Under the pieces are notes generated by a model that saw only the letters and a list, made by a program, of their open reading frames with translations, was not told the origin of the DNA and did no database searches. Shown piece after piece: positions 37,590 to 49,025 of a DNA stretch of 64,000 bases. The position numbers and the translations under genes were made by a program. The number at the start of each line of letters is the position of its first letter. Within the stretch, counting starts at the first letter, position 1. The DNA comes from Octopus sinensis (Eukaryota). Location of the stretch: the NCBI RefSeq assembly GCF_006345805.1, contig NC_043005.1:51460001-51524000 (forward strand), in the 5' to 3' direction.

Positions 37590-37594
<5 letters not shown>
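37478..37594. repeat. Near-perfect fold-back palindrome, ~57-bp arms
   Basis: The arms are identical apart from a 2-nt bulge (CT); loop of 3-5 nt. Confidence 0.9.
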
Positions 37595-37629
<35 letters not shown>

Positions 37630-39394
37630 TGATTATATGTATATATACACACACATACATATACCAAATCCACTCACAAGTCTTTGGTCAGCTCAAGGTT
37701 ATAGTTGAAGACACTATATATATATTACATATATTTCCAAGTTTTGGATGGCAAATGAGATTACGTGAAGTTAATACTTTTCTCAAATTATGTGAGTTGG
37801 ATGCACTTGAGGGGTTACAATTTTGATAATGTGGAAGCTGGTGTGTGTGTGGTGGGGCTTGAACATTAAAAGGAACTGTGGTAATCTTGATATGGTGTGG
37901 TGGTGTTCATGAAAAATGCTGGAAGTGTGATCATTGTAACACAAATTGTGTGGTTGTTAACAGAGCTGTAACTAATAACAAAAGCTGGTGACTTACTAAT
38001 CAAAATCTGGCTTTATGCGGAGGCTAGGGGTTTAAAACCTTTTAAGCATTAAGATATATTTTGCACTTGTAGTTTGCATGAGCTGTTTCATGATTAGAGT
38101 TTAAAGAATTTAGAAGCTAACAAGTTAAGATGTTGGGCAATCAAACCAAATGTTTATATTTTGACCTGAGCTAAGACGGTGTTTATTTGCTCATTCTTGC
38201 TGAAAATAGTGCCTTTTACTTCAGGTTTGTGATTTTAAAAATGTGCTCCCAGCTGTGTTAATAATAATAATAATAGTAAACAGAAAAAATAGAAACAGCC
38301 TACTCAAACATTTAATGTAATTTATGTAGAACAATCCGAACCAAGTTAGTATGAATGAATAACTATAAAACCATATCAGAAAACTGCTAGACCTCAATAA
38401 AAGCTATTTTCTTGATGTTCTGAAAAGTAAAATATTTGAGTTAACATGCTATAAATCACTTACAACCCTGTAGATAGTAGCATATCATGTGGGTTTTATA
38501 ACAGAGACAAATAGTGTAAATAAGCTACCAGGTGTATACCATACAATTTATTGTCTAATATATATATACATACATACACACACACACACAAAGAATTCTT
38601 TCAGTTTCTGTCTACCAAATCTCACTCAAAAAGTAAATTTGGCCTGCATTTATAGTGGGAAGTATTTACCCATGGTGCTACACAGTAGGACTGAACCCAG
38701 AACCATGTGGTTTAAGGAGCAAACTTCTCACCACACTTCCACACCTGCAAATGGTGCAGAAAATATGAAGTAAATAAAAATTGCTGCTGTTGAAGTCCTA
38801 CCCCATGTCAGCCCTGATTGAGCAGTTTTATTACGATCAAGGATTATTTATGCTATAACCACCCTGTTTTGTTTTTTTTAAAGTCAGTGTACATCAAGTC
38901 ATCCTTACTGAAATAATGTCCATTGCCCTTTCAAGGAACTGTCGTTATATGAACCATTGAGGAGGCTGTGGTCACTCAGCCTGCTAGATATAACAGTCAA
39001 ATTTACTTGGACCATCTTAGAAAAGTACATGCTGGAGAATGAGATTTTAAGATCCCTGAACATGAAAAAGACAGTATGGTCACAAGTGGCATGTGTCATG
39101 GAAACCTGCTGCTAGTTACCATGTAATTCATTACTCTCATGGTTGAGTGGTCAGCAACTAAGTTGGGTCCTATTAAAACTTGCTGTGAGTGTTGGGTGTG
39201 TGGGCATCTAGCAGGATTCGGGAAAAAGTATAAAAGTAACTGCTAGAAATGTGTTCCCTGGGAACCAACAGTTCCACTTAGAGATGGGTGCTATGGTGCC
39301 ACTAAGGATTAATAAGCACAATATTTACACCAATTTCGTTTTTGTATTTGGTTCGCAAGATTCTTTATGTGAATTCGTGTTTTGAAGCAGATTT

Positions 39395-39806
39395 TGTGTC
39401 TAGGGAGAGTCATTATGCTAATATAATTAACACGTACACTGGTTCAATTCTTCTCATTTATTAACTATCCGATTTTTCTTTTTTTTTTGGTCAAAGTTCT
39501 TTCTTTGCTTTTTTGCAACCTCTCAGTGACCATTGACTCTGTCCGTTATAGAGGGCACTTTTGTTTGTCTGTTTGAGATTTTGCTGTGTTTCAATTTTTA
39601 GAGACACACACACATGCAACAAAATCTCAAACAGACAAACAAATGCACCCTCTATAAATGGACAGAGCCTATGGTCACTAAGAAGGTTGCAAAAAAGCAA
39701 TGAAAGAACTTTGACAATAAAAAAATGATTATTTAATAAATGAGTGGAATTGAACCAGTTTGTGTGTGTGTTAATTATATTGGCATGATGACCCTCCCTA
39801 GACACA
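39395..39806. repeat. Long diverged fold-back, ~190-bp arms and ~28-bp spacer
   Basis: TGTGTCTAGGGAG.GTCAT...GAGATTTTG.TG is mirrored. A 12-bp direct repeat ATTTACACCAAT lies at 39323-39334 and 39812-39823. Confidence 0.85.
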
Positions 39807-40445
39807 ACAAAATTTACACCAATGTTAAAATCCATATAAGATTAGCCAGGGCCTGGGTAGAGAAAGTCCAAGACAGGTGAAAAAGCTAAGTTTAAAAAGG
39901 AAATGAATTCAGGTTTTCCAGTGGCAGAAATGATTTTACTTGGCATCCAAGACCATACTCAGTCAATCCTTTTCCTTTTATCCCTTTAGCATTTCAACCT
40001 GCCATATCCAGCCCAAATATTTTTCCTGTTTTAAGTTCAAACCGGTCTCTCATGCTTACCATACAATGTCATTCTAAAATTAAACAATTGCATCATTCGA
40101 ATTTTGAAGCTATTAGATAATGCATAATTAATTCAAAACAATATGAATAAATAAGTGTTTTGTTTGACAGAAATCTGGACGCTAAAAGGTTAACACAGTA
40201 GAGTGTAATATGAGGGATTTGGTTGCTATTTCTAGCAAATGAAGCAACTCCTATATATATATATATATATATAGGAGTGGCTGTGTGATAAGTAGCTTGC
40301 TAACGAACCACATAGTTCCGGGTTCAGTCCCACTGCGTGGGCAAGTGTCTTTTACTATAGCCTCATGCCTTGTGAGTGGATTTGATAGACGGAAACTAAA
40401 AGAAGCCTGTCGTATATATGCAAACACAGACACACAAACATATAT

Positions 40446-40484
<39 letters not shown>

Positions 40485-40488
<4 letters not shown>

Positions 40489-40680
40489 ATCCAAACATGA
40501 AAACACAACAACGCGAGGACGTGGAACAAGTATAGTGTTATTGGACGCTCAGGAAGGAAAGAAAGGAGGAGGATTTAACGTTTCAAGTGGAGCTCTCCGT
40601 CAGAAACATAGGAAAAGGAAAGATCCAAGGAAGGGAAGACGGGGGTAAAAAATCGCCAACGATGCACATGCAGTCACATA
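40485..40680 (-). mobile_element. Short Penelope-like/retrozyme-like element with a hammerhead-like core (40573-40607)
   Basis: rc GTTT-CTGACGG-A-GAGC-TCC-ACTT-GAAAC-GTT-AAAT. Same family as 44111-44296 and 62768-62992. Confidence 0.55.
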
Positions 40681-41577
40681 TTGAATGACGTTTTTTTCTT
40701 TAAAATTCGTCGCAGTAGAGCATGTGAGGCGTGAAGCAGAGTCCTCTACTGAGGAGTGAGTGCTCGGCAGTGGAGAGGGGGAGGTTGGGTGGTATAGTGA
40801 CAACAGTGTGAGGGAGCAGAGTGGTGGGGTCAGGAAAAGGGGGTGCAGAGGTGTGGGGAGGAGGGTTATATATGTATGTGAGTGTCTGTGTTTGCCCCCC
40901 CCCCACATCACTTGACAACTGATGCTGGTGTGTTTACGTCCACGTAACTTAGCGGTTTGGCAAAAGCGACCAATAGAATAAGTACTAGGCTTACAAAGAA
41001 TAAGTCCTGGTGTCGATTTGCTCGACTAAAGGCAGTGCTCCAGCATGACCGCAGTCAAATGACTGAAACAAGTAAAAGAGTATATATATTATATATGTAT
41101 GTATATAAGCTGGCTGGTGTTAGGAAGGGCATCTAGCTGTAAAAATCCTGCCAAAACAGACAGTGAAGCCAGGGGCAGTCTTCTTCCTGGTCAGCCCCTG
41201 TCAAATCGTTTAACCCATGCTAGCATGGAAAACAGACATTAAATGATGATGATGATGTATACAAATCCTGCTAAGTTCTTGGTTATTTCCAACTAAACTG
41301 AAGCCATGGAAGAGCCTTTCTGTAGAATTCTGATCATGAAAAGGTTGTTTTCCCAATGAGGCTAACTTTTAGTAAGAACCTGATTTAGTACAGCTGTCAG
41401 CTATTCTCCAAAGACTATAAAATTATCCTTTAGTGTGCTGTATGCTGCTGAAATCACCATATTTTTCGTTATGGTTTTAGCTCCTTTTGGCAGATTTGAT
41501 CATTGGGGAAAATCTGATTTAAAGTGTCTCCTTGTGTAGCTAGTATTTATAAAATCCATGTTGATTCAAGTACTCAC

Positions 41578-41671
41578 TACAATTGCAGAACAGATGTGAA
41601 AACAATATGTTGTTGTTGGCATAAGCATGTTGTTGCTGTGATGTTATGTTATGCTGTATATGACTCTGAGA
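41578..41671 (-). CDS. Weak candidate exon (94 nt, phase 0-1)
   Basis: Acceptor cttacttatttatcctttaacacgcag| and donor GTA|gtgagt. One open frame: SQSHIQHNITSQQQHAYANNNILFSHLFCNC. Confidence 0.3.
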
Positions 41672-42301
41672 CTGCGTGTTAAAGGATAAATAAGTAAGAT
41701 TATATTTTTCTGAGTATGTATTTATATATATATATATATATATATATGTTGTGTGGTATGATTTTTAGCAAGTAGTATAACACTTGATCTGTTGAGTAAG
41801 GATACTGTAACAAAAAGCATGAGGCTTTGCGTGCTTTTTTATTATAAAATATAGGTAACCTTTGACTTTTTCTATGCAAAAGAGTTTTTCAACCCAATAT
41901 CTACATGCTATTGTTTATAGCCTTATGTGCTTTGAGATCCACTTTTCTGAATATATATATATATTTCAGTCCCACTGCGTGGCACCTTGGGCAAGTGTCT
42001 TCTATTAGAACATCGGGCCGACCAAAGCCTTGTGAGTGGATTTGGTAGACGGAAACTGAAAGAAGCTCATATATATGTATATATATATATATGTTTGTGT
42101 GTCTGTGTTTGTCCCCACAACATCGCTTGACAACCGATGCTGGTGTGTTTATGTCCCCGTAACTTAGCAGTTCAGCAAAAGAGACCGATAGAATAAGTAC
42201 TAGACTTACAAAGAATAAGTCTTGGGGTCGATTTGCTCGACTAAAGGCAGTGCTCCAGCACAGTCACAGTCAAATGACTGAAACACGTAAAAGAGTAAAG
42301 A

Positions 42302-42339
<38 letters not shown>

Positions 42340-43506
42340 ATTATTATTATTCAAAACAGTTTGATTCATATTCCCTCTCTACTTCAAGCATGGAATCTGA
42401 ATCAAACTCTTTTGAATAGTACATGTAACTCCCAATAAATGCAGTGAGTGCTCTTTATTTTGTTTGTCCATTCACACATATATACATGCATATATATATA
42501 TATATATGTGTGTGTGTATAAAGAAATCTACATTTGTTGTTTTAGAAGCGTTGAATGTGGATCATATGATACAAACAAAAAAAGTGATATTTTGAACACA
42601 CTATCGCCGTTAAAACAGCAGAAAAAATGGGTATTATTACACTTACAAGGCAGAAAAAGTTGTCACACACACACACACACATATATGGGGGGATGCTTAA
42701 AAGTTCCTAGCTTTGGGTAAAGGATCAGATAATTATGATTTTATTTAATGTATTCCTCTCTCAGATTCACATAATTATAGCAGCAGTCTTTCAGTTTTTC
42801 TAAGCCCTGTAAAAATAACTCGGTATGTTGGTCCTTTTGTGATACCCTTAAAGCTAGGAACTTTTCAGCACCCCCTCACATTTATATATATATGTGTGTG
42901 TGTGTGTATGTAACCGTGTCTTGCCATGGTGAAAATATTACTTTGCTTGGAAACAAGTGACAGGAAGGGTATCTGGCTGTAGAACAATTTGCTTCAATGT
43001 ATTCCATCTGACTTGTGCAAACATGGAAAATTGGACATTAAAACAGTACGAGCGTTAAACTAGTACATCTGTTTGTTGTCTACTCCACCAGTCTTCGTCT
43101 TTTGTTTTTTTTGTGAATTCTCCCTATATATATATATAGACATATATCTACTGTAGTGTTGAGATTATTTTGTTACTGCTCCAACTTTTAGGAATGTCTA
43201 TTGTCGATCATGAAAGTGAATTCTGAAACAGAATAGACCGTATTTATGACAAAGATAATTTGTGAGGGTATATGTATCTTTTAATATTACAATATATAAT
43301 TACCCTCTAGTTCTGTTTTTTCCTTCTCTGTCAATTCTAATGTATGCACATACACACATGCATCATCATCATCACCACTTAATGTCCATTTTCCATGCTG
43401 TCATGAGTTGCATGGTTTAGCAAGGTCTGGCAAACCAGAGAACTGTACTAGTTTCTGCTGTCCACTTTGGTATGGCTTCTGTGGCTGGATACACTTCTTA
43501 ACACCT

Positions 43507-43810
43507 AGACATGTATAAAATTTAGTTATATAACTACACGTTCATCATCATCATCATCATCGTCGTTTACGTCCGTTCTCCATGCTAGCATGGGTTGGAC
43601 GGTTCGACCGGGGTTCTGGGAAGCCAGAAGGCTGCACCAGGCTCCAGTCTAATTTGGCAATGTTTCAACTGGAGCCTGGTGCAGCCTTCTGGCTTCCCAG
43701 AACCCCGGTCGACCCGTCCAAACCCATGCTAGCATGGAGAACGGACGTTAAACGACGATGATGATGATGATGATGAACGTGTAGTATATAACTAAATTTT
43801 ATACATGTCT
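43507..43810. repeat. Fold-back inverted duplication of a SINE 3' end plus its flank; ~142-bp arms, 19-nt spacer
   Basis: AGACATGTATAAAATTTAG...(CAT)n...GGCTCCAGT is mirrored, with a few 1-nt differences and a different (CAT)n count. Confidence 0.95.
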
Positions 43811-44110
43811 GTGTGTATATATGTATACAAGTGTTGCCATGGCTGTGTGATAAGAAGCTTGCTTCCCAACCACATGGTTCCAGGTTGAGTCCCACTGTGT
43901 GGCACATTGGGGCAAAATGAAAACTGAAAGAAGCCCATCATATATATTTGGGGTGGGTGGTGTTAGGAAGGGCATACAGTCGTAAAAGCCATACCAAAAC
44001 AGACACTGAAGTCTGGTGCTTTCTTCTGCCTGGCCAGCTCCTGTCAAACCATCCAACCCTTGCAGACATTAAACAATTTTGCTGATGATATATATATATG
44101 TATATATATA

Positions 44111-44293
44111 AAATGTCACCTCGTGTGTACCGTTGGTGATTTTTTTTCCCTTTGTCTTCCCTTCTCGTATGTTTCCGACGAAGAGCTCCGCTCGAAACAT
44201 TAAACCCTCCTCTTTCCTGAGCGTCCAATAATACTATATTTGTTCCACGTCCTCACGTTGTTGTGTTTTTTTCGTGTTTTCTTGTTTGGATTA

Positions 44294-44296
<3 letters not shown>
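44111..44296 (+). mobile_element. 186-bp element inserted in (TA)n, with a hammerhead-like core (44171-44205)
   Basis: GTTT-CCGACGA-A-GAGC-TCC-GCTC-GAAAC-ATT-AAAC; TA repeats on both sides. Confidence 0.6.
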
Positions 44297-44330
<34 letters not shown>

Positions 44331-44781
44331 CTGTATGTGCCTGCCTTTGTTTCTGGTGTTTGTCCCCTACCGCTGCTTGACAACTGGTATTGGTGTTTTT
44401 GCATCCCTGTAACTTAGCAGTTTGGCAAAAGAGACCAATAGAATAAATACCAGACTTTAAAACAAAATATATAAATACTGGGATCGATTCAGTCTAGTAA
44501 AAATTCTTCAAGGTGGTGCACCAGCATGGCCGCAGTCTAATGATTGAAACAAGTAGAAGATAAAAGATTTGTGCATGTGTTTATATTTCAGGTCGATAAA
44601 TTGAGTACCAGTTGCATAATTGGGTTGATCTAATCGACTGGCCCCCTCCCCAAAAATTTCGGGCCTTGTGCCTAGTAGAAAAGAATCCTCCTTCTTCCCT
44701 TCTTTCCTGAGTGTCCAATAATACTTTATTTGTTCCACATCCTCGCGTTGTTGTTTTTTTGTTTTCTTGTTTGGATTAACT

Positions 44782-44812
<31 letters not shown>

Positions 44813-45211
44813 TGTGTGTGTCTGCTACTATAGTTTAACCAAAGCCTTGTGAGTGAATGGAGTAGACAGAAACTGTGTAGATGCTTGTTATGTGTGTGTG
44901 TGTTTGTTGATTACCACATGGTAAAACTTGTTTGTTTGGTTGTGTCCCTGTCCCTTAGCAGTTTCACAAAAGAAACTGGTATGATGAGTATCAAACTTAA
45001 AAAAAGTAAATTCTGGAGTTTTTTTGTTTGACTAAATCCTTCAAGCCAGTGTGTAGCATGACCGCAGTCCAAAATCTGAAACAAGTAAAAAAAATGGATA
45101 CATATGTGTGTGTGTGTCTCAGTATGTACATACATATGTATGCATGCATGCACATACACTGATAGAGCAAATATAAGCCTATTATGATGAAATGGAGACA
45201 TTTTATTGCAT

Positions 45212-45263
<52 letters not shown>

Positions 45264-45266
<3 letters not shown>

Positions 45267-45443
45267 GCCATGATAGATCGGTAGCCACTACACACATTTT
45301 TTTTCTCTCCCTGTTTCTTTCTGTGGAAGAGCGTAGGCTCGAAACATTAAAGACTTTTTCAATTCCCGAGCGTTATACTAATACATCTGTTTGCTTTCTA
45401 CACCACCAGTCTTCGTCTTTCGTTTTTTTCATGAATTCTCCCG
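45264..45443 (+). mobile_element. 180-bp sister element inserted in (TA)n, with a degenerate hammerhead-like core (45316-45353)
   Basis: TCTTT-CTGTGGA-A-GAGC-GTAG-GCTC-GAAAC-ATT-AAAGA. Partial copy at ~43045-43125. Confidence 0.5.
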
Positions 45444-46027
45444 ATATATATATAGGCTGTGTGATAAGCTTGCTCCGACATGGTTCTGGGTTCAGTCACT
45501 TTGGGCGAGTGACTTCTACTATAGCCTCAGGCCAACTAATGCCTTGAGTGGATTTGGTAAACAGAAACTGAAAGAAGCCTGTGGTATATATATATATATA
45601 TCATCATCATCATCGTTTAATGTCCGTTTTCCGCGCCAGCACGGGTTGGACGGTTCGACCGGGGTCTGGGAAGCCAGGGGCTGCTCCAGGCTCCAGTCTG
45701 ATCTGGCAGAGTTTCTACGGCTGGATGCCCTTCCTAACGCCAACCACTCCGCGAATCTAGTGGGTGCTTTTTACGTGCCACCTGCACAATGTGTGTGTGT
45801 GTCTGTGTTTGTCCCCCCCCCGTCACTGCTTGGTGTGTTTACGTCCCTGTAACTTAGCGCTTCAGTAAAAGAGACTGATAGAATAAGTACTTGGACTTAA
45901 AAATAAGTTGATTTGTTCCACTAAAACCCCTTAAGGTGGTGCTCCAGTATGGCTGCAGTCAAATGACTGAAACAAGTAAAAGAATATATATGCACATATA
46001 TATATGTACATGTGTACATGCTCACTT

Positions 46028-46068
<41 letters not shown>

Positions 46069-46712
46069 CATACAGACAGACAGGCAGACAAACTATATTT
46101 GTATTATACTGGGCAAAATAGCTAAATCAAATCAAATTATTTTTTTTTACATTTCATTCTCTTTTGTATGAAATACAACAAAATTTGTAAACTGTCTGCT
46201 CGGTTCTATTAACTGTTTTCAGTTACAAAACAAAACTGTTTAATTTATTGTTACTATCTACAGCAAGAATCTTTATTGTGAATTCAGTCCCCGGTGAAAT
46301 AACTCTTTTTATCTACCGCTTTGAAAATGATAATAAATGACTTGTAACTTAAGTGCAAAGAAGAGGTAGTTAGTGATGGGGTGTGGTCAGTTATATTGAT
46401 CTTCAGTATTTGATTGGTAAGTTTATTTATCTGGAAAGATGAAAGTTAAAGTTGTCCTCAGCAACATTTGAATACAGAATGTAAAAGGGATGTAACTAAA
46501 TATCACAATGTATTTACCCAGTACCGTATTGATTCAGCTAGTTGTCACCTTGATGACGACGATGACAATGACGCCAATGTCGCCGCCGATCCTTTCTACT
46601 AAAGGAACAAGGCCTGAAATTTTGTGGGAGGAGTAAGTTGATCACATCAACTCCAGTGCTCAACTGGTACTTATTTCATCAACCTTGAAAGGATGAAAGG
46701 CAAAATTGACCT

Positions 46713-48249
46713 CAGCAAATCAGTAGATTATCAGTAGGAGTAGTTGAGCATCATTAACCATGTGTTGAGAGGGATTATTTGAGGTTTGAATAATTACTCT
46801 TGGAAACATGGGTGTTTCATTCTTTGTCCTTAAGGAACTCTTATTCAGGGACTTTTGAGTGGGATGAGCTACTTGACCTGAAGAAAATTCTAACTGCCCC
46901 CCTCCCCCACCTGCAAGGTCATGTGCTGTTTCTCTTGATATAAGATCATGATGTCATGCACATATGGTTGTGATGCATGTCCCTGGTGTGCCCTTATCAG
47001 GTAGTCATGATGGGTATATTGGGCTTCATATATTTGTTCCCCAGTTTCACTTTGATGGCATGTGCTGCTCTCAGAACATAAAGATGGATGAAATGCTGCT
47101 AAGCATTTTGCCTGGTGTGGTAATGGTTCTACCAGCTTGCTGCCTTACAAATAATAATAATAATCCTTTCTACTAGAGGCACAAGGCCTGAAATTTGGAC
47201 TGGTACTTATTCCATCGACCCTGAAAGGATGAAAGGCAAAGTCAACCTCTGCTGAATTTGGACTCAGAAAGTAAAGATGGATGAAATACCACTAAACATT
47301 TTGTTTGGCATGCTAATGATTCTGCCAGCTTGCCTTCTTAGATAATAATAATAATGCTAATTTTTACTATAGGCACAAAGCCTGAAATTTTGAGGGAAGG
47401 GGACTAGTCAATTACATCGACCCCAGTGTTTCACTGGTACTTAATTCATCACCCTGAAAGATGAAAGGCAAAATTGACCTCAGCAAATCAGTAGATTATC
47501 AGTAGGAGTAGTTGAGCATCATTAACCATGTGTTGAGAGGGATTATTTGAGGTTTGAATAATTACTCTTGGAAACATGGGTGTTTCATTCTTTGTCCTTA
47601 AGAACTCTTATTCAGGGACTTTTGAGTGGGATGAGCTACTTGACCTGAAGAAAATTCTAACTGCCCCCCTCCCCCACCTGCAAGGTCATGTGCTGTTTCT
47701 CTTGATATAAGATCATGATGTCATGCACATATGGTTGTGATGCATGTCCCTGGTGTGCCCTTATCAGGTAGTCATGATGGGTATATTGGGCTTCATATAT
47801 TTGTTCCCCAGTTTCACTTTGATGGCATGTGCTGCTCTCAGAACATAAAGATGGATGAAATGCTGCTAAGCATTTTGCCTGGTGTGGTAATGGTTCTACC
47901 AGCTTGCTGCCTTACAAATAATAATAATAATCCTTTCTACTAGAGGCACAAGGCCTGAAATTTGGACTGGTACTTATTCCATCGACCCTGAAAGGATGAA
48001 AGGCAAAGTCAACCTCTGCTGAATTTGGACTCAGAAAGTAAAGATGGATGAAATACCACTAAACATTTTGTTTGGCATGCTAATGATTCTGCCAGCTTGC
48101 CTTCTTAGATAATAATAATAATGCTAATTTTTACTATAGGCACAAAGCCTGAAATTTTGAGGGAAGGGGACTAGTCAATTACATCGACCCCAGTGTTTCA
48201 CTGGTACTTAATTCATCAACCCTGAAAGGATGAAAGGCAAAATTGACCT
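46713..48249. repeat. Near-identical tandem duplication, ~768-bp unit (46713-47480 and 47481-48249)
   Basis: Identical 70-aa ORFs 767 bp apart. Junctions fall in the SINE segment CTGGTACTTA.TTCATC..CC.TGAAAG.ATGAAAGGCAAAATTGACCT, present at 46664, 47434 and 48201. Confidence 0.95.
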
Positions 48250-48515
48250 TGGTGGAATTTGAACTCAGACCATAAAAACAGATGAAATGCTACTAAGCAT
48301 TTTGCCTGGCGTGCTAATGATTCTGCCTGCTGTGCTTTTAAATAGTTATCATCATCATCATCGTCATTGTTTTAACATTCGCTTTTGCACTTTGCATGGG
48401 TCAGATGATAACTTTGTTGCAGCAGATTTTTTTCTACATTCAATAAAATTTGGTCGACTGAAACAGGAGGAAGCCCATCATATTTATATGTGGGTATGTG
48501 CGTAATAGTGAGAGA

Positions 48516-49025
48516 AGGCGCATGGTTTAGTGGTTAGGGTATTCAGCTCATGATGGTGGAACATTGTGTCCTTATTTCTTTACTGCCCACAAGGGGCTAC
48601 ACACAGAGGGGACAAACAAGGACAAAAGGATTAAGTCAATTACATCTACCCAGTACATAACTGGTACTTAATTTATCGACCATGAAAGGCAAAGTCGACC
48701 TTGGCGGAATTTGAACTCAGAGTGTTAAAACAGACAAAATACTGCTAAGCATTTTGCCTGGCGTGCTAACGTTTCTGCCAGCTCACTGCCTTGGCAAATT
48801 GTGTTCTTGAGCAGGAACTCACATTGCTCCGACAAAAATGAGTTGCACCTGTATTTCAAAGGCCCAGCGTTTTCACATTCCATGTCACACCAAATCTCCC
48901 TGAGAACTACATTAAGAGTACACTTGTCTGCAGAGTGCTCAGCTACTTGCACGTAGCTTTGATGAACAGGCTGTTCCTTTGATCAGATGAACTGGAACCC
49001 TTGTCATCACAACCAACAGTGCTAG
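48516..49025 (+). mobile_element. SINE, head type B with tail type 3, interrupted by a minus-strand Nin-type SINE (~48571-48792)
   Basis: Head GGCGCATGGTTTAGTGGTTAGGG, then GTGTTCTTGAGCA..CACATTGCTCC. Tail CACCTGTATTTCAAAGG...GGAACCCTTGTCATC. Confidence 0.65.

Noticed and set aside
46964-47943. Two identical 70-aa ORFs as a duplicated gene
   Set aside because: They lie in repeat-derived sequence within the 768-bp duplication, with no domain or splice support.
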